A stretch of DNA of 64,000 bases from Chrysemys picta bellii (Eukaryota), in contig NC_088792.1 in the NCBI RefSeq assembly GCF_011386835.1, positions 172,856,001 through 172,920,000 of the forward strand, given 5' to 3'. Below, piece after piece: positions 50,489 through 64,000 of this stretch. Position numbers and translations under genes: made by a program. Each line of letters opens with the position of its first letter. Position 1 is the first letter of the stretch. The notes under the pieces were generated by a model. The model saw only the letters and a list, made by a program, of their open reading frames with translations. It had not been told where the DNA came from and searched no databases.

Positions 50489-53244
50489 TATTGGCATCAC
50501 TGAAACTTGGTGAGATAAATCTCATGACTGGAATATAGGTAGAGAACGGTTTAGTTTTTCTGGACAAGACAAAAAGGAAGACATGCTGCATCACACATCA
50601 AGATAATATATTCATTTGTTCTGAGGTCCAAAAAGTGAAGAAAGTATAATCAGTTGAAAGTCTCTGAGTATAGGTAAAAGGGGAGAAGACAGGGATGACA
50701 TCATGATATGGTTCTACTATAGACCACCAAATCAGGAGGTGGTGGAGGCATTTCCAGAACAAATAACGGAAATATCCAAAACACAAGATATCGTAATAAT
50801 GGGGGACTTTAACCAGACATCTGTTGGAAAAGCAATATGGCAAAACACAAAAGGTCCAATAAATGCTTGGACTATCTGGGGACAACTTCTTGTTTTAGAA
50901 GGTGGAGGAAGTAACCAGGGGATCAGCCATTTTAGACTTCATTCTAACAGGAAGGAATTGATTGTGAACTGAAGGTGGAAGGCAGTTTGGGTGAAAGTGA
51001 TCATGAAATTATAGGCTTCACGATTCTAAGGAAAGGAGGAAGTAAGAGCAGCAGAATAAGTACAATGGACTTCAAAAAGGCAGACTTTAACCTACTTGTA
51101 CCTCCCATGGTACAAAGATCCCATGGGAAGAAAATCTAACAGATAAAAAAGTTCAGGAGAACTGGCCGTTTTCTCAAGGAGACAATATTTAAGGCACAAC
51201 AGCAAACTATCCTGATCCAAAGGAAAGATAGGAAGAATAGTAAGAGGCCAATATGGTTGCATCAGGAGCTCTTTAATGACATGAAAAATCAAAAAGGCAT
51301 CCTACAAAAAGTGGAAACATGGCTGTATTGCCAAGGAGAAGTACAAAAGAACAGCACAAACATGTAGGGACAAAAATCAAAAAGGTTAAGGCACAAAATG
51401 ACATCCGGAAAGGGACATAAAAGACAATAAGAAAAGTTGCTATAAATACAGTAGGAGCAAGAGAAAGATGAAGGAAAGTGTCAATCCATTACTTAGTGGG
51501 GAAGGAGAGCTAATAACTGATGACATCAGGAAGTTTGAAATGTTTAATGTCTATTTTATGTCAGTCTCCACTAAAAAAGTTTATTGTGATCAGATGCTTA
51601 GCACAATTAATAGTAACCACAAGGGGGAAGCAATACAAACCAGAATAGGAAAGGAACAAATTCATAGACTCATAAGGTTAGGATGGACCACAAGGGTCAG
51701 ATAAATTAGATAAATTACTTAGATAATTAGATTGGGTAAATTAAAAATATTAAAAATATTAGGTAAATTAGATGTATTCAAGTCAGCAGAGCCTGATAAA
51801 TTTCACCCTAGGGCGCTTAAGGAACTAGCTGAAGCAGTCTCAGAACTGTTAGCAATTATCTTCAAGAACTCATGGAGGACAGGTGAAGTCCCAGAGGATC
51901 AGAGAAGGGCAAACATAGTACCTGTCTTTAAAAAGGGAGAACAAAGAGGACCTGGGCAATTATAGCCTAATTTTGATATCTGGAAAGATAATGGAACAAA
52001 TTATTAAACAATCAATTTGTAAGCACCTAGAGGATAACAGAGTGATAAATAACAGCCAACACAGATTTGTCAAGAACAAATCATGTCCAACCAAGCTAAT
52101 TTCCTTCTTTAACAGAGTTACTGGTCCAGTGGATGGGAGAAGCAGAAGATGTGATTTCTCTTGATATTAGCCAACCTTTTGATACAGTCCCACATGACAG
52201 TCTCATAAGCAAACTAGGGAAATGTGGTCTAGATGCAATTTCTATAAAGTGGGTGCACAACTGGTTGAAAATATGAATTCAAAGACTAGTTATAAACAGT
52301 TCACTGTCAAAGTGGAAGGATATATATAATGGGATCCTGCAGGGGTCTATTCATGGGTCTGGTACTAATTAATATTTTCATTAATGACTTGCATACTAGG
52401 GTGGAGAGTATACTTATGACACTAAACTGGGAGCAGCGGCAAGACTTCGGAGGACAGGATTAGAATTCAAAAGGACCTTGGTTAAATTGGAGAATTGGTC
52501 TGAAATCAACAAATGAAATTCAATAAAGACAAATGCAAATTACTACACTTAGGAAGGTAAAATCAAATGCACAAATACAAAATGGGCAATAAATGGCAAG
52601 GCTGTAATACTGTTGAACAGGATCTCAGGGCGACAGTGAATCACAAATTGAATGTGAGCCAATAACATGAAGTTGTCAAAAAGGCTAATAGTGTTCTAGG
52701 GTGCATTAACAGGAGAGTCGTATCTATGACGTGGGAGACAATTATTCCACTCCACTTGGCACTGGTGAGGCCTCACCTGGAGTATTGTGTTCAGGTTTGG
52801 GCCCCACACATCAAGGAAGATTCTGACAAACTGGAGAAAACCCAGAGGAGAGCAGCAAAAATAATAAAAGATTTAGAGACTCTGACCTATAAGGAAAGGT
52901 TAAAGAAACTGGGTGTGTTTAGTCTTCAGAAAAGAAGACGGGGGGTGGAGGGAGATTCCAAATATGTTAAGGGCTGTTTTAAAAAGGAAGGTGATCAACT
53001 GTTCTCCACATCCGCTTAAGGTAGGACAAGAAGTAATTGGCTTAATCTTCAGCAAGGAAGATGTAGGTTATATATTAGGAAAAAACTTTCTAGCTATACG
53101 GGTAGTTAAATCCTGGAATAGGTTACCAAGGGAGATTGTGGAATCCTGTCAGGGATGGTCTAGGTATACTTGGCCTTGCTTCAGCATTGGGGATGGTTAG
53201 ATGACCTTTTGAGGTCCCTTTCAGCCCTACAGTTCTATGATTCT
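50489..53244 (+). mobile_element. CR1 LINE, 5'-truncated, most of ORF2 (APE endonuclease plus RT), decayed
   Basis: IGITETW (50490), YYRPPNQ...IMGDFN (endonuclease), VPEDQRRANIVPVFKKG, D.SQPFDTVPHD, LGLVLINIFIND, DTKLG, LVRPHLEYCVQVWAPH, and 3' end gaggtccctttcagccctacagttctatgattct. Many stops and frameshifts. Confidence 0.96.
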
Positions 53245-55079
53245 CAATGAGACCACTGGATGACCCTTCTGCTAAAGTCCTTTAATGCAGGATATCCTTT
53301 AATGCAGTTTCATTCAGGAAAGCCAGTCCACACAGAAATGCTGAGCATAGGGCACAATAGTGTTTGCTCTGAGGTCTAGGATTTAACACTCACTAAAGTA
53401 GGGTCCACTACTGAACTTACCTCCCGCTGCTAAACTGAGACATGGTACCTGAAGATATATTTTAACAAACACCACCAAAATCTACCCTTTTACACCTGCA
53501 GATTAATTAGCTGAATCTGATCTCACAATCAGAGGTAAAATTACATGAGCACCAGAATTCCTGCCCTAGCACAAATTTCAATAAGCCTCCTGGGAACAAA
53601 GTCGGAACAATCATTCTGAATGCTATCCACCTTGCTATTTATCTCAATCTAGAAATGGAGGCCACTCCCTTGTATCTCCAAACCACTCACCCTCCCTCTT
53701 CCACTCACCACCTCCGACCTACTTCTAAGCTCCAAGGACTGGAATGTTTACATTAAAGCAATCAATTGTCCAGGAGGCTTCAAGATGCACAAGCATTTTC
53801 TGAGACAGTACAGCTATGAGAGACTTAAAAGCACCAGTTTAGCTCCATCACTCTCACTCCTCTTTAATAAGACACCATGTATGAGAGCCAAAATTTGAGG
53901 CCTATAAGGAGATTATCATTAGATCAGTTACTATAACAATTATACAGAGCTGTATACAATAAAACTCATACTGACATGAAAAGCTCTCTCCCTGGCCACT
54001 TACAAAGAAGGTGGGCATGTACTAAGATCTCATGTTTAAAAGGTGCATTTGACATTTTATACATGGAAACTTGGCAGTGACAAGCTATGTTTAAATGCCA
54101 TATGAGCTTTTACCTATTCTGTTAGCCACTTAAAATCTGTGCAAGTCTCTGCCTTGTCCTTACATCTAAAGTTATATGCTCTTTGAAGGCCTCGAACACA
54201 AATTAGTTGCAAACACTAAGACTGTACAGGTATAAATGAATACACTCTAAGTTTAAAATTTTCAGTGACAATCGATACAAAATGTTCCAGTTCAAAGCCT
54301 CAGTTGAAACCTGCACACTTGAGCATTACAGACTGTTGCCACCATTACCAGTCCTGCCAACTCAAAAATCATGAGTCAGACCTCAAAAAATCATGGCGTG
54401 TGAATTCCTCCCCCCAGACCTAAAGACTGTGCTGTGTATGTTTGGTCTGTCTTTTGATTTCTGAACTCCCCCTTGCCCATCCCCAATGTGTGCATGACAG
54501 CTAGCGTTGCCAATGCGCTCACATTTACTGGGTAAGACGATTTTGGCTGTTGCTGCAGGAGCTCGCTCCCCCTCCTTCCCAGTCTGCTCATTCCCTGCCC
54601 AGCAATTAATTCTGCACCTACTCTGCTCCCACCTCCATAAATTCACTCCCCCACCACCCCATCAGTTCCTCTATCCCCTCCCCAGCCTCCGTTCTGCTCC
54701 TCCTGGGGCTCTTCACTCTCCCTCCCAGACCGCAGCGGGGTCCCCTCTCCCTTCTTCCAGGCTGGGGGAGGCAGCTCCATGGGCTCTTCACCCCCACTCC
54801 CCATTCTTAGGTTGTGTGCTGCAGGGAGAAGGGGGAAGGAGTAGAAGCACCATCCTGTCCCCATTGCTCACAGGAAGAGAGAAGGAGCAGAGCCACTCTG
54901 AACTCCTGGGCTCTTTAGCTCCGTTGTCCCCCCTGCCCTCCTGTGAGAATGTCTTTGGGTTGCTATAGGGAGCGGAGAGAGCTCTGTCTACAGCAGCTCT
55001 GACTGGTTATTCTACCTCAGGAGGCAGGCAAGTGGGGCAGGCAGCCAATCAAATTTGCCAGAGGAGCTTCTTTCATTAT

Positions 55080-55600
55080 CCCAAGACTGACTCCAGCCCC
55101 AGCCAAAATCATGTCACTTGTGCAAAGATCATTAGAGTTGACGACATTGCAGTGATTACTCATGTATTTGTCACCTCGATATTAGATAACTGTAGAGTGC
55201 TTTGCATTCAAAGACTAGCTGGAAACTGAAGCTGGTGCAAATACAGCATGTCATGTATTGGTGCATTATGCAGAGGACAACTCTTATGCTCCATAATTTC
55301 CACTGGCTGTCAATACATTTCTCGGTGGAATTCAAGGAGTTTATTTTAATCTATAAAGCCACTAAGAGCTTTGGATCTGGCTGTCTCAAAGACCAGCTCT
55401 GCTCCTGGGACACTGCCCCAGTTGCTATCAGTGGAGGTGCTCAAGCACAAGCCCCTTTGATTTAAAAAGGGCAGAGGGCTGCTAGCAGCACATTCTTAGC
55501 AAGGGTCTTTTTTTCTGGAATTTGCGTCCCTTCACTGTCTGACAGAGCCTAGTTTTATTACCCCTGTGGGCATGCTGCAAGGCACTATTCCCCCCTCCCT
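55080..55600 (+). mobile_element. L2-clade LINE 3' remnant
   Basis: DDIAVITHVFVTSILDNC, WKLKLVQ, LHNFHWLSIHFSVEFK..LIYKA...G.GCLKDQL and ggcatgctgcaaggc, all typical of the L2 ORF2 C-terminus. Confidence 0.82.
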
Positions 55601-55820
55601 GCTGGGGTGTCTGGGAAGGCAGTGCGCTGAACAGCTGGTGAGAAGGTGGGATAGATGAATGAGACAGAGGCAGTTCAGACATTGTTGCCCAATTCTCAGG
55701 TGGCTCATAGGTCATGGAGACCTTACCAGGGCCAATTCGCGGTTTACGTCTCAGGGCCACATGGTTGGGAGAACGTGCTGACCGAGAGCTCTGTGACAGG
55801 AACTCTGCAGTCCCTACAGA

Positions 55821-56082
55821 CGGGGCCGGCTCCAGGCACCAGCGCAGCAAGCTGGTGCTTGGGGCAGCCCCTGGAAGGGGGTGGCACATCCAAGTCTTCG
55901 GCGGCAATTCGGCAGCGGGTCCCTCAGTCCCTCTCAGAGGGAAAGACCAGCCACCGCCAAATTGCCGCCGAAGAATGAAGCGACGGCGGTAGAGCAGCTG
56001 TCGAAGTGCTGCCGATTGCAGCTTTTTTTTTTTTTCCCCCTCTTTGCTGCTTGGGGCGGCAAAAAAGCTGGAGCTGGCCCTG
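55821..56082. mobile_element. hAT MITE, 262 bp
   Basis: TIR CGGGGCCGGCTCCAG / CTGGAGCTGGCCCTG; perfect 8-bp TSD CCTACAGA. Confidence 0.95.
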
Positions 56083-56739
56083 CCTACAGAATCACGAGGT
56101 GTTCAGAAAGGGGCAAAAATCACAGGTTATGCTCCATCTCCTATTTCCCTGGAAATCTTGACCCACTACTCCTGTAACTCTCTCCCCCATCCCTCACTTA
56201 CCACCCCTTCTCCAATTCTGGACACAATACCTATTCCCTATCCACGCTGCTGTCATGGAGCTGAACTCCAACCCCCACACTCACTGGTAGAAATTCATAC
56301 TGACGTTTTGGGCTTTCACAGATGTAGGCCTTTCATCCACAACTTTCCAGGGAGCCCAGTTTTACCTGAACCAACCCAGTCAGAGATGGGATGTATTTCA
56401 CGTGGGAATTACTGTGATGGGCATTCTTAACAATGGACACTTCAATTAACAGGCTTTATATATTGTTACAGAATATTGTTTCATTTAAATATTGTGAAGG
56501 AATTAGTATTATGGATAAGCTCTGTAAAATATCAAATAAATATTATACCATTATAACCTCAGCTACTGTCACTGGATAAGTAATGTTCACCAGATTATGC
56601 TTTCCTATGCAGACATACTGCCACTGTATTAGCTGAATCTGTGAGCCATATGACTTTTAAATACAAATGCAATTCATAGGATGGCGTTTTTTGTTTTTTT
56701 TGTTTGTTTTTGCTTTTTATTCCTTTCCCATATTTGATT

Positions 56740-57054
56740 AGTCATTTGGAGCTAACTAGTTGACAGCTCTCACAATTTTAAGTCTTGAAATATTTGTTAT
56801 TTTCCTAAAGGTCCCAATTCCTGGAGTCAGGTTATTATGTGATAACCTCATCTTTCATTAAAAAATAAAGTTTCTAGCTATTGTGGTTGCAGAGAAAAGC
56901 TAGAAAACATGAATCCTAATGGCTCCAGCACCAGAAGGCAAATAAAAAAATGCCAACATTTGTTATTTTAAAAATATCTCGTGATTTTTAAGCCAGTCAT
57001 GTGATTCTGGAAGACCAGCTCATGATTTCTGAAAGCATGGAGTTGGCAATACTG
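56740..57054. mobile_element. hAT-like element end
   Basis: Ends gagttggcaatactg with repeated tcatgattt subterminal motifs; left boundary approximate. Confidence 0.65.
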
Positions 57055-57989
57055 TAGCAGGAAGCTGGAAATTTTTATCAGCTGTATTGATCTACTTAGT
57101 AAGTACAGTATGAACACAATGAAACAATACAAATGCCGACAAGCTGAAATATTAAGGAAATTAAACTGCCTACCATCAGAATTGCAGTTGGGCGATTAAC
57201 AAAAATCTAATTCTCCCTCTTCTTATTTCACTCTTTGTTCTGTTACACCTACATAACTGACCACCTACATTAACTGCATAACTTAATGCACCTTCATAAC
57301 TGACCAGTTCACAGCCATAGTTTTAGTGGAACCTCATAAATCCCTGTCCCAAAAGTCTGCAGTGTTGGTTTCCCTCTCAAATTCCAACTCTAGCCAGGAG
57401 CACCTTTTATTTATTTTAAAGTGAATTAATTCTGAAAGCCAGCCTGTGAAATAATAAGCACAGCATCTAAAAACAAACTCAAGCCAAATCCTAAATATGC
57501 TTTCTGGGTGTCTGTATAAACAGATAGACAGTTATCACAAATAGAATGCACCTGTTTACTCTTTGTTAGTCCCGGTTAAAAAAAAAAAAGTGGGTTTTAC
57601 TTAACTGGGCACAATTGTTTCCTTGGCCCAACAGATGACAAATTACTGTTGAAACAAATCACTAGCACATGAAGAATACCTGAAGAAAATAAGCTGCAAA
57701 TAATAATACATTCTTTTTCAAAGTACATGAGTAACTAGTTACCATAATCACTTTCAGAATACTTGGACTTTATCCAGGCTTTTTGTTCAAATAGATTGCT
57801 TAAAGCATACATATGTGAAAAAAGGAGGGAGTGTATCGAAGGCAGATAAAATAGCAGACTTATGATGGAAAGATTGTTACTGCTATTGAGTATGGAATTA
57901 GAAACACTACTGTGGCTCTATACTAATTTGCATTGCACACACAATGCCAAATTATTTTATATACATTAACTCCCAACATATTAAGTCAT

Positions 57990-58127
57990 ATAATCACCAA
58001 TTTTGCAGATGAGGAAATTAAGACAAAGGGATAAGTAACCCATCTAAAGTCACATGGTGAGACAGTAGCAGAGTTGGAACCAGAACTCCGGATTCCTGAC
58101 TCCCAGGTCTATGCTCTGACCACTAAC
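57990..58127 (-). mobile_element. MIR-like CORE-SINE
   Basis: caattttgcagatgaggaaatt...aagtcacatgg...agcagagttggaaccagaactccggattcctgactccc...ctgaccacta. Confidence 0.8.
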
Positions 58128-60509
58128 AACACTTAATTCTGGATAACTGACAACTAGATTTTTTTTTTCATTAAACAGATACAACCATAGCTGACAAATT
58201 ACAGAGCCCGGGGAAGGACACTTGTGGCTCAGATGGGGACAGACACTCCATCAAAACTAAGTGCTATTGGCTTATCGGCATGCCAGAGAGCCCTTAAAAG
58301 TTTATTTTAAATTGTTAGATTACACAGAGGCACAACACATTGAGGTATGCTGTCACTGAATCAAATAAGCCACAAAGTTTGATTGCAAGAACTACTTCCA
58401 AGGAGTTTGATTTGGATCTATGAGTTCAGATATAAGCTGCCAAGCCACTGAAAGACTATACAGGAACAAAAAAAGAAAATATGAAAATTGATATACATTA
58501 TAACCTCACCGCAACTGCCAACAAGCAATGCCAGAAGGCTTTCATCTCTCTGACTTTTCTCCTGGCTCATCTCCATTCATGCTTGCAGCACCATTGCAGA
58601 GCCAAGATCTCAGCTAGACACCATGGCCTTGTCTACAATGACAACAGCTGGATCCCTAATTCACTACTGGTACAGCTTCACCTGTGGCAGCAATGGTGGG
58701 AGTTGTACTGTAGAGATGACAGTGGTAAGAAGATCTTGAGTCCTGTCCACACCACAGTTTCCACTATTAGTACCACAGATGAAGCTGCAGGAGTACTGAT
58801 TGGTAGGTTTCATTTTCCTCCCAATCCAGATTTTATCTACCCCTCTATTTTGTCAGGAACTGTCTACTTAGAAAAGCAGAAATTAAAATATGAAGTACAG
58901 AGTGTAAACTGAAGCATCAGAATAACCCACATATAAAGGGGTGTTGCCCTCAAACTAAGCAGGTTTGCCGCTCTTCAAAGAAGTCTGTACTTAAGATGCC
59001 TTATACAAGATTACAAGCAAATAGACTATTATAGGGGAGGAAGAATGTGCTCACAGAACAGAGCATAGAGCCGCATAGGCAGTTTGGCTGCCAACAGTAG
59101 AGATTGTTTGGATTAAAGAAAAGAAGCGTTAAATGTTTGCTTCTGCCACGACAGTCTGACCCTTGTTTTTGGGAGAGAAATTTAAGTAGATCCAACAAAT
59201 TAACAAAGCTTCAAATTATGTAGTACTTAGTGGCTGGAAAAGCAACTTTAGATTATATTTATTGCTTAGAATCTCCCAGTGCTTGGTCTACAAAACTATT
59301 ATTTCATTATTAGTAGTGAGAACTGCTGACATGCTGGAAAGGCTGCACCGCAAGTAACATTCATAACTTTAGCAGGGTTCAATTAAATACTAACATCCTT
59401 CAACCTGGTCTGGGGCAGGATAGACACTAAGCAAGATATTCTCTTTACTCCTGCTCTATTGTACAGACAATCTAACAAACTGTATTTCAATGTAGTACAC
59501 CACAAGGAAGCTTAAGAAAACACACACATTTAACAGCTTACTGAAGATGCTGTGGTCTCTCTCTCTCTCTCTTTGCAACAGATGCTCTGTGGTATGAAGT
59601 CACACCAGAGAGGTATGGAAGTAGGAATGTCATCACACAGAAATGAAATCCACTCCAAGCCCTTAACTTTCACTTCAACTTTATAGTTTCATCCCAAGAT
59701 CCCAAGACACCCGAGTGATACTAATGGTTAAATGTTTAATGTAATGAAATTAATCATGACCTGTTATATAACAACTAATATTTAAATTGAAGGCAAATTG
59801 AGAGACAAAAACAGGGAACTAGTATTTAAATATGTGAATCAACACAATTTATTTGTCAAGTTGTCAGCTAAACAAGACTTCTACAAGAGATTATAACTCA
59901 TGCTTATTTTTCAACCTCACTCAATTTATTTCATTTCAGTTGTTTTTGCTTTGCGTACTACACTGTGTCACCAGTTTGCTGAGGTCTGATGATTCCCAAT
60001 AAAATTCCCAAAGGAAACAAAGTCAGATGATTCAGACTTAACTTGGTACGTAAGATACCACCTTTCCAGAACTCCAACCTTAGTAATAAATACAGAAGTA
60101 AATATGTTCCAGCTGCAGGTGAAATCCATATAACCAACCACCACATAATGTCTGTTTTTGTTTCAACAAAAGCATCTCCCAATACTAGCGGAGGATGCTG
60201 GTTGCAGCACATTTGGAATTGCGCTTTGTGCCATTAGGGTAGGCATCTCGGTGTCACTTCGCTTGCTGATGCTCTGGACTACTTTGTAGTACTAGTTGTT
60301 CTGTAAAGGTTTTCACTTGCTTATTATGCAGGTTATTGGAACTGGTGCAGAAAGTATCATCAATATGAAATGTTGCTTCATTACTGTGTAGGGATATTAA
60401 AGAAGGTACTAACAGTGATTCCCCCAAGTGACAGTGACCCCCCAATAATTTGTCCCCCACACTTTAAAATCCAACAGTTTCACCAAGTACAAAAATCTCT
60501 TGGGTCTTC

Positions 60510-61460
60510 TGTTAAAACCTGTAAGCTACTGTCTGTATAAACCATTGATTGTATCTGTCCTGTGAAAGATACTTTATCACTATGTAAAACTTACAAACAA
60601 GTTAAATGACTTGGTTCTTGAAGTAATTGATACAATGTAAACAAACACTATAAGTGACTTTCACTTCATTGTAACAGCAACGGCTTCTAGGAACAGACCT
60701 CCACCCTCTGTGATTAAAGGGCCAGGAGTCTCAAATGAATTAGCACACACCCCGAAAGTGGTGCAGACAGTAAATTAAAATATGGTTAAGATATGGAATG
60801 TATGTTGATGAATGCTTAATGTACACGAATGGTTAGGGAGGTGCTAGCCTAGAAAGAGAGTATCCATTGGCCAAAGAATGTGTAAAGTGGACCACCAGAA
60901 CCCCCGGCGGGTAAACTGGGATCCACCCCATCACCTGAAAGGATGAGAAACACAAACTTTGGACAGTGTGGAGCCACCAGGAATGTGCCCAGGAATGTGC
61001 ACAAGAATGTGCCATCTGAGATTGAGTCAGCAACAGCAGGATGAAACAGCTCCCATAGACTAACATAGGAATTAATTCCTATAAGAATGGACTCTAAAGA
61101 CTGATGACTTGGAGTCTCTGGTTCTGCTGCCAACCTCCAGGAGCATCAGGTGCACCTGACACAGACTCGGCTCCATCCTCATGACCAAGATACCTGGCCA
61201 GTAACTTGGCATGAGCAACTTCTAGGCTGGTAACTATAACACCTATACAGAACTTGAATGAATGATTGTGTGAATGAATGAATGAATGAATATATATTAT
61301 ATATGTGTGTATAAGGAATAAGTAGCGATAGGAATAAGTAGTCAAAACAACGTTGTTTACTTTTATCTTTTGCTTTATCATTATATTTACAATAAATGTG
61401 GCATCTTTGCCTTATCCCTCTTAATAAGATCCTGCTGGTTTTTATTCTATTGGTAGAACA
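60510..61460 (+). mobile_element. Solo LTR (~950 bp)
   Basis: TGTTAAAACC ... GGTAGAACA termini; AATAAA near 61392 followed by U5-like gatcctgctggtttttattctattgg; (GAAT)n inside; TSD not seen. Confidence 0.7.
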
Positions 61461-62240
61461 ACTGTATGCAGAACACCAGTCAGTTCAGTCTAATGCTGCT
61501 GGCCTAATGAAGTGAGACCTGTCCCTTAATAGCAACATGAATTTTAAGGTAACAGGGGTGGAAGCACAGCGCTTTTACAGCCAACCTGATGGGCCTGAGC
61601 TGGATCCCCCTTTGGAAATCAATCGGGCACAAAGGAAGTCGGGATGTGTGCTTTTTGAAATATGCAGCTTACAAAGAGGAACATAAATTAAAGACGACAG
61701 AATTTCCATCAGGTTCTGGACAAGTTCTACCATGTCTACCTTTCCTGAAACCCTGGGTCTGGTGATGACAAACAGCTGCATTTAAAAAAAAAAAGTTACC
61801 ATGGGATTCCTCATTCCTCTGTTGAAATAATTAGTGGGGTTTCTGTGTGTGTTGACTATCAGCATAAAGAGAGAATATTAAACAGCTCTATTGCAAGAGC
61901 AATTTGCTACGATCAGCCTTTCCGCTGCAGCAATAAAGAGTCAATGATCTCTGATACACCAATGTTCTGACATGAGTGATGTCAGGGTTTAGTTTAATCA
62001 TCATTCCTGCGGACTAGACATCTGGACCATATTAGCTTTTTAATCCTTCTTGCTTGGCTGAGACTTGGGTGGTTTCTCATGCCATTCCCTCAGATGTTAA
62101 TTTCACATCTAGCAACAGAAGAGGAGAGGAGAGAACAATCCTCAAAACTCAGCCATGTGAGAGAAGATTAAAGTGATAAACAGGGTGACCTTTCATCACT
62201 GTAACTTAATTATTGATCAATCCTACCCCTTAAAGTCTTT

Positions 62241-62479
62241 GGGCAGGTCTACACTAGAATCGCTACAGAGGCATAGCTGTACCGATGTAGCTGCGCTGCT
62301 GTAGCACTGCTAGTGCAGACGCTCCATGCTGATGGGAGAACGTCTCCCGACAACATAGTGCTTTCCACACCAGCACTTACGTCAGTGTAACTTAAGTCGC
62401 TCGGGAGAGGGGGGTGAATAAGCCGCCTCCCCTGAGCGACGTAAGTTATATCAAAGTAAGCGCTAGTGTAAACCTGCCC
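62241..62479. mobile_element. PIF/Harbinger MITE
   Basis: TIR GGGCAGGTCTACACTAG / CTAGTGTAAACCTGCCC; TTT on both flanks. Confidence 0.88.
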
Positions 62480-62997
62480 TTTGGCATTCTGGAGTACAGC
62501 ATTGCTTAAAAATCCATATTCATCCCCATATTATAACAAGATAGCTAGAACCCAAACAATTTTTTTCGCATCCTTAGAGAAAAAGAACCTCCAAATTATT
62601 TTTGCGCCATGGTTGTATGCACATTTCTTGGCACTCTACGGGCCTTGTTGGATGCAATGATTATGATTTTCAAAACAATGTAAGGGATTTAGAGACATAT
62701 CTTCCATTAATGTCAAATCACAGTGTCCTCAGGCCACCAATAATAATCTGAAGATTTGTGAAAGCTCTTGTAATGGTACAAAATCCAAGATTTTTCAAAT
62801 TAGATATAACTTTAAATAAGTAAGAATAATGTAACCTAAAATAAGGAGTTACAGTAGATAAGAATTGTCTGGGTTTATAGATGGCAAATGCCACTTAATG
62901 CAGATACTTAAAACCTAATAAGTCTACAAGCAATGAACTAGACTAGATCAGCTTCATGAAAAACTTTTCTGGCAGACTTGGCTGGGAAGATATTTGA

Positions 62998-63360
62998 GGG
63001 TATGTCTCTACTGCACACTTCTTACAGTGGCATGTAGAGTACATAGGCTGCACACACCCCTAGCACAGATATGAAGAGCAGCACAGACGGTGAGACACTG
63101 CTTAGGCAAGTAGGGTAAAAGACATGCCTGAATCCTTAGAGTATGTACCATACACAGCTCTCTAAATGCGCAATCAGTGCCTCCCCCATCTATGCTGCTA
63201 AAAATAGCAGTGTAATGTCCCACTGCCACGCCCCTGCCAGAGCCTTTCACTGCTGCAGGTAGCTAACACCGTAGTGTGAATGCAACCTGCTTTTCACGAC
63301 AGCATGTAGCCACACACACCCTACATGCCACAGCTAAGGGTGTGCCATGTAGATATAGCC
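62998..63360. mobile_element. PIF/Harbinger MITE
   Basis: GGGTATGTCT ... AGATATAGCC; 3-bp TSD TGA. Confidence 0.82.
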
Positions 63361-64000
63361 TGAGAGGGGACTAAAAAAAAAAAAAAATACCTCAAGAGCA
63401 ACTATAGTAGCTAAACAGCTAGAGAAAACATAAAAGTTCCCAAACACAGTGCTATAGAATTATTAATTATTATTATAGAAAAGACACTAGGTTACCTCCA
63501 TTGAGAGAATTATGAAGCTGATAACCGCTCTCGTAACTTTTAACCAGCAGGACCCAATTTCACATCCTAATGGGCCAATGAAAAGTGCTGTCCTCCTCTG
63601 ACTATTTCTCAGCTTCTCACACAAAGATCTCAGTGACTTCTTCTGTGCCACCCACTATAGACAGTGGGTCTGACACTCTTCACGTCCGAGACCCTTATGA
63701 AGGTCAAGCTCTGCATAGATGTCTATGGAAAACGTACTGACTGAAAATGTCAAGCTTGAAGAGTGACTGGTGAATAATTTTATTAACTTAACTGTATAGA
63801 TGTTTTACTTATTCCCCCAACTCTCGGTCTGCCTATCTTTAGATGATGAGTTCTTCAAGGCCAGAACCAGGCTTTCTTTTCAGTTCAGAAAGTGCCCATC
63901 TTGTTGCCAAGCACCACAAAGACATTTATAAAATAAAAACCGCCTCAGATACAATCAGCACTTGAATGCCCAAATGAAAAGTTCCCTGCGAAGAATCAAC

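Larger units (their letters stand above)
11221..64000 (-). other. SLC22A23: SLC22A23 very long intron (more than 52 kb, continues beyond the window)
   Basis: Acceptor at 11221. The expected upstream exon (VGRRPVLLF...YAL) was not found by eye; the orthologous human intron is also very large as recalled. Confidence 0.85.

Noticed and set aside
52726-53200. CR1-derived ORFs as possible functional RT
   Set aside because: Short frameshifted fragments; the catalytic FADD motif is disrupted near 52415.
54349-57054. Possible single 2.7-kb hAT element bounded by cagtcctgccaactc / gagttggcaatactg
   Set aside because: Flanks (ACCATTAC versus TAGCAGGA) give no TSD and the interior holds unrelated L2 and unique DNA; more likely two independent relics.
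58481-58912. 143-aa plus-strand ORF
   Set aside because: No recognisable domain; overlaps a degenerate MITE-like segment (ggccttgtctaca...) and is antisense to the host gene.
60254-60460. 68-aa minus-strand ORF in relatively CpG-containing unique sequence
   Set aside because: No recognisable protein similarity or convincing splice sites.
1-64000. CRISPR arrays, tRNA or rRNA genes, prokaryotic or viral-like inserts
   Set aside because: None seen; composition and repeats are uniformly those of reptilian intronic DNA.

Overview
Vertebrate genomic DNA, almost certainly from a turtle, judged from the repeat repertoire: CR1, L2, two Penelope-like families, many GC-rich hAT, Harbinger and Tigger-type MITEs, and ~1 kb solo LTRs. 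The species cannot be determined. The whole window lies inside SLC22A23 on the minus strand. Two coding exons are present: 11052-11220 (169 nt, equivalent to human exon 4) and 316-443 (128 nt, equivalent to exon 5), both with canonical splice sites and matching phases. Everything above 11220 is one very long intron, and the next upstream exon was not found. All other ORF-track entries look spurious or come from transposon decay. No new protein-coding system is supportable. The most interesting signal is three minimal type-I hammerhead ribozyme motifs in Penelope-like element termini from two families, with covarying stems. One has an intact catalytic core and lies on the SLC22A23 pre-mRNA strand. 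There are also several precisely datable nested insertions with target-site duplications (TSDs), and long inverted or palindromic TE structures in the intron. Family assignments come from recognised motifs and termini, not from database searches.
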